Below are positions 18,033-24,101 of a DNA stretch of 24,101 nucleotides, piece after piece. A program made the translations under genes and the position numbers. Source of the stretch: Candidatus Thorarchaeota archaeon (GTDB taxonomy: Archaea; Asgardarchaeota; Thorarchaeia; Thorarchaeales; Thorarchaeaceae); NCBI GenBank assembly GCA_003345545.1, contig PRDH01000064.1, positions 1 through 24,101 on the forward strand, in the 5' to 3' direction. Under the pieces are notes generated by a model that saw only the letters and a program-made list of their open reading frames with translations, was not told where the DNA came from and searched no databases. How positions within the stretch are numbered: the stretch's first letter is position 1; each line of letters begins with the position of its first letter.

Positions 18033-18107
18033 ACAAGATCCTTTCTTGAGAATGACTCCGAGAACAAGATAAGATCAGTTTCAATGCTCTATCTGAGAAT
18101 ATGAGGT

Positions 18108-18836
18108 CTATTGACTGTCCAGTCGCTTAATCGTTTCAAGTGCAATCTTGAACACATTCCTCTCGCCGAGCTTGAACTCATCAACTCTTTGCCCCTTGAA
18201 TTGATTCTCGGTGGTGACAAGATTTGAACCCACCGTGAGAATCCCACCTGCCCTCTTTCCCAAGTCAATTGCTGCCATCAAGACTGCTGACAGCTCCATA
18301 TCAAGGGCCACGGCACCAAGTCTGGTGTACTGCCTATTGAGTTCTCGCAAGCGGTTTCGGAGGTAGAAGTTCTCGCATGTCCTGACAATTCCTGCAGGGT
18401 ATGATACTTCTGCTGCCTTTGCAGACTCTATCAGGCTCGTGAGAACCTCAAAGTCTGGTATTGCGGGGAATGACAGAGTTGCGAGTTCGAGGGTGCATCC
18501 CTCATCTCGAATACAACCGGTGGCGATTATGATGTCACCCAGTGCGATCTCTGGTTGATAATTCGCACATGTTCCAATCCGAATGAAAGTATCTGCGCCG
18601 ATATCTGCGAGTTCCTCGACACAAGTCACAGTTGAGAAACAACCCAAGCCGGTTGATATGACTGTGATCTCGACTCCCTGATACTTGCCGGTGAAGGAGA
18701 GGTACACCCTATGACATGACATCTCCTTTGATTCGCCAAACATTGACACTGTCAGTCGTGCCCGTTCTGGAGACCCGGGCAAGAGAACGTACTTCGCAAT
18801 CTCATCTTCCTTGAGCCCTATGATGGGTGCTCTTCT
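18108..18836 (-). pseudogene. Uridine/purine nucleoside phosphorylase (NP-I family), lacking a canonical start codon
   Basis: Homology extends upstream of TTG 18782 (IIGLKEDEIAKYVLLPGSPER) to an in-frame TGA with no ATG/GTG. Motifs STGLG, EELADIGADTFIRIGTC, RDEG, DME. Confidence 0.7.
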
Positions 18837-18841
18837 TCAGA

Positions 18842-19051
18842 TCACATCGGCGGATTCTTGTGAATGAAGTAGAGAGCGTAGACAGATGATGCGACCGCCA
18901 CAAGAGCAGCTACCGTAATTATGATGGAGATATCAACCATATAGACTACTAAAAGAAAGCCCATTACGAGATAGATCAATACGTTCACGTAGAGCAGTCG
19001 TCTAAGATAGTTCCTGCCTGTCTCATCGTAGGTTGGGATTACATCCCCCAT
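18842..19051 (-). CDS. Small two-helix membrane protein (69 aa)
   Basis: GAGGA RBS, ATG, two long hydrophobic stretches. Confidence 0.75.
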   Translation of the reverse strand: MGDVIPTYDETGRNYLRRLLYVNVLIYLVMGFLLVVYMVDISIIITVAALVAVASSVYALYFIHKNPPM

Positions 19052-19121
19052 ATCAGCTCTTCCTCACACAGGACTATTGGTATTTCGACTAAAAAACAAT
19101 TGGAATTCTACTAAACAGATA

Positions 19122-19297
19122 GAGGGAGATGCTCCGAACTGCTTTGACCTAGCCCATTCGTAGACCGGTGCACAGGGTTGCTTCATACGCTGCTTTTCCG
19201 GCGTCATCGCGACACTCGGCTTCCACCCATCAGCAGGCTTGAGCCAGAAGTCTGTGACCGTGCCCTGTCGTTCGTTCTGAAGTTCGAAGATGGGCTA
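19122..19297. ncRNA. Candidate structured RNA or element containing junction-repeat copy H
   Basis: Nested helices 19150-57/19290-97, 19172-77/19263-68, 19180-84/19247-51, 19187-92/19199-204, 19218-22/19241-45. GCCCATTCGTAGACCGGTGCACAGGGTTGCTTCA aligns without gaps to copy A GCCCATTCATAGACAGGTTTACAGAACTCCTTCA. Confidence 0.45.
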
Positions 19298-19424
19298 CCC
19301 CGCCCTGCTTGTCAACTTCTATGCTATGCCCTAATGTTGGAAATGGATGAATGACCTCTTCACAGTAATGTCGTGATTACCCCATAAAATCGACGCTTGG
19401 TCGATGCTCGTCACCCTATTCTGC

Positions 19425-20057
19425 TCAACTAGCCTTCAGGAATGACATTACAAAGGAACACCATTTGTCCTTCAGTTTGAGATATTCGCTATCTCGTGCC
19501 ATCGCCACATCTCTCATCAGTCTGGATGCATCTTCCTGTTGATGTATTGACAAGCTGTTCCAGAACTCCGCATTGGTGATTGTGAGTGCTGAGCTGACTT
19601 GATTCTCTCGTTCAAACATTCGTTCAAGTATGCTCAGTGCCTCAGCCAATCTTGTTTCCGGGATACTGACTCCATACGCTTCAAGACCCAGTAACATATT
19701 GCGGAGTCGATCCTTTGCATAAGCCTTCATCCCATCGTTTGACTTCATCATGTCTGCAATTCCAAGACGGTATTCTCTGGCTGTCGCTCTATAGTAGCGC
19801 TGAACAATTCCAGTTGTGGTCTTTTCAGTGCGGACCTGCTGGACTAGGCCCACACTCTTTAGCCGTTCGATGTGCCGTAGCACATTTCCTGGATTCTTCC
19901 CTATGGCATCGGCAAGTTGTTTGACTGTCATCTCCTCATTGACAAGGTATTTGAAAACAATCAACGCACGTATCTTGTCAAAGAGGACTTTGATAGTGTT
20001 TGGGTCTGTTATGATCTCAAGATCCTTCATTAGCCGAGATGCACTCACTGGATTCAT
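19425..20057 (-). CDS. ArsR-like winged-helix transcriptional regulator
   Basis: IKVLFDKIRALI..EMTVKQLADAIGKNPGNVLRHIERLKSVGLV..RYYRATA. ATG 20057 is 1 nt after the upstream stop. Confidence 0.9.
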   Translation of the reverse strand: MNPVSASRLMKDLEIITDPNTIKVLFDKIRALIVFKYLVNEEMTVKQLADAIGKNPGNVLRHIERLKSVGLVQQVRTEKTTTGIVQRYYRATAREYRLGIADMMKSNDGMKAYAKDRLRNMLLGLEAYGVSIPETRLAEALSILERMFERENQVSSALTITNAEFWNSLSIHQQEDASRLMRDVAMARDSEYLKLKDKWCSFVMSFLKAS

Positions 20058-20058
20058 T

Positions 20059-20958
20059 CTACGTTGACTCCTTCGTGTGGGATTCTTGTACTTCTTTGAT
20101 GTTCGGATCTGAAATGATGAGATACGTTCTCGTCGCCGAGAGCACATAGACCGGCAATAGCAGCAGACCGATTACAAGAACTGATGCGACTATGTAGAGA
20201 TCATACGCTGCTCCTGTCAAGAATATGAAATCAGTGAACTCTTGGAATATGATGGGTCCGAGCAGCAGTAATCCCAAAGACGAAAAGGTAATCCAAATTG
20301 AGAATACAGCTCTGAAGTTGTGTCGAGTTAGCTGTATTGAGTGCTTGGTGGACGATGAAATGGACATACCGTCAACTATCGAGGGAAAGACCAGTGATAA
20401 TATTCCTGAACTGAACAGAAACCAGGCAACTGCTGTAGCGACTAGAATCGTGAACGCGGAACTATCGGGCATTCGGTCTCCATAATACCATGCCGCAAGG
20501 ATGTATTCCATCCCGATTGGACCGACTATTATGAGGAACTGAACCATTCCTCCTGCAGCTAGACGAGCAAACTTCTGCCGATACCAAAGCAGTACTTCCT
20601 CGGCAGATATGCTCCCACTCTCCATGACTTCCTGTCCCATTCCGAATAGTGCACCCAGAGCTGTTAGAAAAGGCGCTAATAGTGCAGAACCTGCGAACAA
20701 GGCAATACCGACTGCTTCAACATCGCTTGCGCGGTCCAATGCAAGTCCAATAGATTCGAAGACATCGAACATGTCATCAAAGGGACCATAGACAAATGAG
20801 AGCAGTATGCTCCCTATGAATAGTATCGACAGAAACAGGCTCACCGTTATGACAAAGACACCGAGTATTGCTAAGAAGATCGAGAGGTAGTATGTACGTG
20901 TGAATGAAACGCTCAGCTGAATTGTTTCAACATAGTCCCTTAACTTCCAGCTACCCAT
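20059..20958 (-). CDS. Multi-pass membrane protein
   Basis: About six hydrophobic helices; 5 nt after the peptidase stop. Confidence 0.85.
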   Translation of the reverse strand: MGSWKLRDYVETIQLSVSFTRTYYLSIFLAILGVFVITVSLFLSILFIGSILLSFVYGPFDDMFDVFESIGLALDRASDVEAVGIALFAGSALLAPFLTALGALFGMGQEVMESGSISAEEVLLWYRQKFARLAAGGMVQFLIIVGPIGMEYILAAWYYGDRMPDSSAFTILVATAVAWFLFSSGILSLVFPSIVDGMSISSSTKHSIQLTRHNFRAVFSIWITFSSLGLLLLGPIIFQEFTDFIFLTGAAYDLYIVASVLVIGLLLLPVYVLSATRTYLIISDPNIKEVQESHTKEST

Positions 20959-20963
20959 CTATT

Positions 20964-22799
20964 TCACATCCGTTTTTGCTTTCTATAGACTATGAAGATG
21001 CTACTAAATACTACGATAATCAAGATTGAGAAAGGAAGGACAAGCGAATCAGATATTGATGGACTCCTTGTATCTCCCTCAGTGATTGTGAAGTCTAGAC
21101 CTTCTGTTGGGATCTCAGCAAGTGAGGACACATCTTCATGATCAGTCGGCGTTACGTGTGATATTAGACTCGTTATCACATACACTTCTTCAGCCTCAGC
21201 GCTTTGAATATACTCAGAGAGTGTTCCAGACGCTGAATACAATTGAAACTGTGATACATGCCAGCCGCTGGAATTCCTGACGGCTACGACTACCCCCACA
21301 GCATATGGATACGGATTCTCAATCGCAATCGTGAAGTTATCAGGCGGCGCAGTCAGTTTGTTTACATCGAAACCATAATGATAGTGTATGGTATTCTCCT
21401 CCATGATTGGATAGTTATTCCCTAAGGCTGTGTATCTTCGTGTTGTATAGTTTAATGACTCGAATCCATAGACACCATCCTCAATCTCAGAGTCATCCAA
21501 AACGCATGCTGTGATGAAGTCAAGATAGACATCATTGAATGTCAAATCATATCCCGCATCAGCGAGTGCAATCTCAACAGCTGCTGGCCCGTCCTCACTT
21601 ATACTCACGAGACACTTCACAGTATTCACACCAAATCTCTCAGCAAGATAGGTTACAAAGAGATATGCCTGACCATAGCTTGCATCCCAGTAGACGCTGT
21701 AGAACCTGTTGAAATGCAGTAGGGACACCTCTGGATGATACGTGAAAGCAGTGGTGACTGCATCCGTTATATGAGACCAGAATCCTGTGAGATCTACAGC
21801 CAGATTGGCTAATCCCTCCACAAGAAAGTCCGCTTCATCCATCTCGTAGTTGTTCCAGATTAGATGATTGAACTCATGGGTAGTAATGCATAAAGTATCA
21901 TTCAGGTCCATCTCCGCATCTACATAGACCATTTCTCTCCGATTCGAATATGGACCAAGAAACTCATCCTTAGGATCATCGAATCCAAGATACGCTCGTC
22001 CCATATTCCTCACCAATGGTGCCAGAAACACTGTGACTCTGGGATCACCATCGATATCTCCAAGATGACCATCTGGATCTCCCGCTATCTCAATTGCCTT
22101 GGGGTAAATCACATCATCGAATATTTGCCCAAGGTGGTGGCATTTCGTGATTGCTGCTTCTTCACCTAGAATCTCGATGGATGAGTTTGCCATGTACATA
22201 TAGCAGGATATCCCAGGAAATAGAAGAGTTGCCCTCACTTCGCTAAATCCTGGAGATTCCGGCCACATGAGATGAGTCCAGAATACTTGTTGATTCCCGA
22301 AGGACTCTGAAGCTAGCCGGAATTCCTCGACCGTAGTCTCTTTCTCGATTTGGACACTTGCATTGTCAGGAGTGAAGTCAACCGCGAGATAAACTGTTTT
22401 CACCTTGCTGTATTCATCAAGGAATCTGAAGGTGAACTGATATGCGGTTCCTGTAACAAAGTCGCCATAGATGTCCAGAGTCAGGGTTGCGTGGAAGGGA
22501 GTGTCATAGGCAGACTCATTCGTTTCACTGTATACTGGATTGAGGTCAGCGACAGATGGCTCACACTGGAGCGTCTGAAGTCGGAGCTCTTCATCGAATG
22601 GCTCGAAGATGCCAAGAATCTGAACGCAGTCAGGTCGCATATTGTTGACCCCAATACTCATGAGGACGATGTCAGACTGGTTATTGCCCGAAGCTGCGAA
22701 GTAGACTACACAGCCCAAGCTCCCAAACACTACAATCAATGCGATGGCTAGCGCCATGCGCCTCGTTGACCCCCGTGGTAGGTGCTCTTCGGATGACAT
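20964..22799 (-). CDS. Membrane-anchored HEXXH zinc metallopeptidase (M30/hyicolysin-like)
   Basis: N-terminal signal/TM, GDIDGDPRVTVF, THEFNHLI + FLVEGLA third ligand, YGQAYLFVTYLAERFG, C-terminal TM with basic tail. Confidence 0.88.
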   Translation of the reverse strand: MSSEEHLPRGSTRRMALAIALIVVFGSLGCVVYFAASGNNQSDIVLMSIGVNNMRPDCVQILGIFEPFDEELRLQTLQCEPSVADLNPVYSETNESAYDTPFHATLTLDIYGDFVTGTAYQFTFRFLDEYSKVKTVYLAVDFTPDNASVQIEKETTVEEFRLASESFGNQQVFWTHLMWPESPGFSEVRATLLFPGISCYMYMANSSIEILGEEAAITKCHHLGQIFDDVIYPKAIEIAGDPDGHLGDIDGDPRVTVFLAPLVRNMGRAYLGFDDPKDEFLGPYSNRREMVYVDAEMDLNDTLCITTHEFNHLIWNNYEMDEADFLVEGLANLAVDLTGFWSHITDAVTTAFTYHPEVSLLHFNRFYSVYWDASYGQAYLFVTYLAERFGVNTVKCLVSISEDGPAAVEIALADAGYDLTFNDVYLDFITACVLDDSEIEDGVYGFESLNYTTRRYTALGNNYPIMEENTIHYHYGFDVNKLTAPPDNFTIAIENPYPYAVGVVVAVRNSSGWHVSQFQLYSASGTLSEYIQSAEAEEVYVITSLISHVTPTDHEDVSSLAEIPTEGLDFTITEGDTRSPSISDSLVLPFSILIIVVFSSIFIVYRKQKRM

Positions 22800-22903
22800 G
22801 GGTCACATAACGTTTGCTCTTATTAAAAACGTTTGCTGTAAGCGCAAACGTTCGCCTGCGGCGCATTAGATCTCTGCGAAAATCAAGAGAAAAAGAAGGA
22901 AAT

Positions 22904-22976
22904 GATCTGGTTGTCGGCAGACTCCCAGCTCGTTCATATCGCCGTTATTTCATGCTCTTGACCCATTCCATGAGAA
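22904..22976 (-). repeat. Dispersed junction repeat, copy B
   Basis: CTGG-TT-GTC-GGCA-GAC-TC-CCAGC then TTATTTCATGCTCTTGACCCATTC; core lies about 20 nt after the vapC stop. Confidence 0.9.
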
Positions 22977-22987
22977 GCCAACGTAGG

Positions 22988-23392
22988 CTATATCGGGTCC
23001 ACGACATCGACCTCAGGAATTCGTCTGAATGCTTGATCGTGAGTCATCAAGTTGTGTATGCCCTCAAGTGACATTGTTGCAAGGATTGTAGCGTCTCTTC
23101 CACCTATTCCAAGGTGAGTGAATTCACTGAGTTTTGTCAGTGTCAGTTCAACCACCTGCTCATCAATCTCATAGAGCGGCATGCCATAGCTCAAAAAGAC
23201 CCTTCCCTTCTTCTCGCCCTCCAGCGGACCTAGACGTTTTACAAGATAATGCAGAGTTTCAACAGAGATTGTTGCGTTGACTGCAACCTGATTCTTCTTT
23301 AGGAGGGACTCAAGAGGTTTGATGACCTTGACATGTTCTGGAAGAGTTGAATCAAAGTAGTACGCCCACATGTTACTGTCGACTAGTATCAC
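22988..23392 (-). CDS. vapC: PIN-domain (VapC) toxin
   Basis: ILVDSN, E in ISVETLH, RDATILA, LMTHDQAF acidic tetrad. GTG 23392 overlaps the antitoxin stop as GTGA. Confidence 0.93.
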   Translation of the reverse strand: MILVDSNMWAYYFDSTLPEHVKVIKPLESLLKKNQVAVNATISVETLHYLVKRLGPLEGEKKGRVFLSYGMPLYEIDEQVVELTLTKLSEFTHLGIGGRDATILATMSLEGIHNLMTHDQAFRRIPEVDVVDPI

Positions 23393-23622
23393 GACACTGT
23401 TCTCCAAATCTCTTTTAGTTTCAGTGGATCAATGTCACCCTTTACTACGATGCACCCTCTGAGTTCGGTCATGAAATCACTCAGGTCAACAGCCTTCTCA
23501 ATCCTCACTCCGTTCTTCCCTGCAATAATACGCACACGAGCTTTGGTTTTGAGACCAGTCTTCTCGCGAAGTTCCTTTGGAATGGTGACTCTACCTCGTT
23601 CGTCAATGTCGTCAGTACCCAT
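23389..23622 (-). CDS. vapB: AbrB/MazE/SpoVT-family antitoxin
   Basis: IDERGRVTIPKELREKTGLK swapped-hairpin motif; ATG 23622 after GGTGA; coupled to the PIN gene. Confidence 0.92.
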   Translation of the reverse strand: MGTDDIDERGRVTIPKELREKTGLKTKARVRIIAGKNGVRIEKAVDLSDFMTELRGCIVVKGDIDPLKLKEIWRTVS

Positions 23623-23702
23623 TTCACCGCCCACACCCACATTCATTCCAATGGTTATCAACCTTGCGACCATGTGGAAGTTTACAGAAGAACAAGGAAA
23701 AC

Positions 23703-23775
23703 GAGCTGGTTGTCGCGTGACTCCCAGCCCCTTCACATTGAGATTATTCCATGGTCTTGACCCATTTGAAGACAT
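23703..23775 (-). repeat. Dispersed junction repeat, copy C
   Basis: GCTGG-TT-GTC-GCGT-GAC-TC-CCAGC (23705-23728), then GAGATTATTCCATGGTCTTGACCCATTTGAAGACA. Confidence 0.9.
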
Positions 23776-23835
23776 AGTCGAACGAATTCCGCCAAGATTA
23801 TTGCCGAAAGAAATCTTAGAACTTGTGGGAGTTCC

Positions 23836-24101
23836 ATGAAGACTTACCTAGGTACTGGCATGTCTTTGCTAATCGTTGTGATGTTGGCGGCACCACTTTC
23901 AAACGTGGGAGCACCTATTGTAAACAATCACACGTCTCCACTATCCATCTTTCATGAGTGCCAATCCTCGGGCCCTTCATTCGACCTTACGCTCTTGCCC
24001 GCTTTTGCAGATCTAGTTCCCGGTACTGAACCTGTGAACTTGACTCTTGAACTCAGAGTTGGAGTGACAGATCCTGAAGGTGTGAGTGTGGTCATTGGAA
24101 G
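23836..24101 (+). CDS. Secreted/surface protein, N-terminal part (runs off window end)
   Basis: Translated by hand: MKTYLGTGMSLLIVVMLAAPLS (signal-like)...VNLTLELRVGVTDPEGVSVVIG; frame is open to the end. Confidence 0.8.
   Translation, partial: MKTYLGTGMSLLIVVMLAAPLSNVGAPIVNNHTSPLSIFHECQSSGPSFDLTLLPAFADLVPGTEPVNLTLELRVGVTDPEGVSVVIG

Noticed and set aside
19122-19297. SRP RNA, hammerhead ribozyme, SECIS, or cobalamin/fluoride riboswitch
   Set aside because: Only fragmentary resemblance. GCCGGAAAAGCAGC lacks the CC-GGAA-GG helix-8 stem, CTGATGG is not CUGANGA, the AUGA..GA spacing is too short with no selenoprotein upstream, and other riboswitch core motifs are absent.
9066-23775. Canonical integron attC sites
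   Set aside because: No RYYYAAC...GTTRRRY boxes bounding a long imperfect palindrome and no intI; only an analogy is claimed.
9066-23775. DGR template/variable repeats
   Set aside because: Differences are not confined to adenines, copies are intergenic rather than in target-gene C-termini, and no RT is present.
23432-23839. Plus-strand 135-aa ORF (and its ATGA overlap with 23836)
   Set aside because: Antisense to the antitoxin and runs through repeat copy C; no recognisable motif.

Overview
Gene-dense accessory-type region from an archaeon, most likely an Asgard (Thorarchaeota-like) genome. That assignment is an inference from GGAGG/GGTGA ribosome-binding sites, frequent TTG/GTG starts, a 22-aa LRR protein, TPR proteins and a two-domain Lrp/AsnC regulator. 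The window encodes an MBL-fold hydrolase, an alpha/beta hydrolase, a flavodoxin-like protein, a Zn-ribbon/coiled-coil protein, a DinB-family protein, a frameshifted SAM methyltransferase, a Pro/Ala/Lys protein built on a 39-bp tandem repeat, two paralogous TPR proteins with a shared beta-grasp-like C-terminal domain, an LRR protein, two ABC-2 exporter pairs plus a duplicated truncated ABC start, a start-less uridine-phosphorylase-like gene, a metallopeptidase/membrane protein/HTH operon and a vapBC module. I found no rRNA, tRNA, CRISPR array, integrase, transposase or reverse transcriptase. The main unexplained signal is a dispersed intergenic repeat family. Its sense consensus is about RAATGGGYCAAGACSAYGAAATRA, then a spacer, then the hairpin GCTGG-RA-GTC-N4-GAC-AA-CCAGC and a pyrimidine tract. 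It occurs at 7 gene junctions (about 2092, 9066, 10733, 12477, 19122, 22904, 23703). Two copies bracket vapBC as direct repeats, and one copy is embedded in a ~150-nt nested secondary structure. This suggests an undescribed cassette-capture or repeated-integration system, or a 5'-truncated mobile RNA family.
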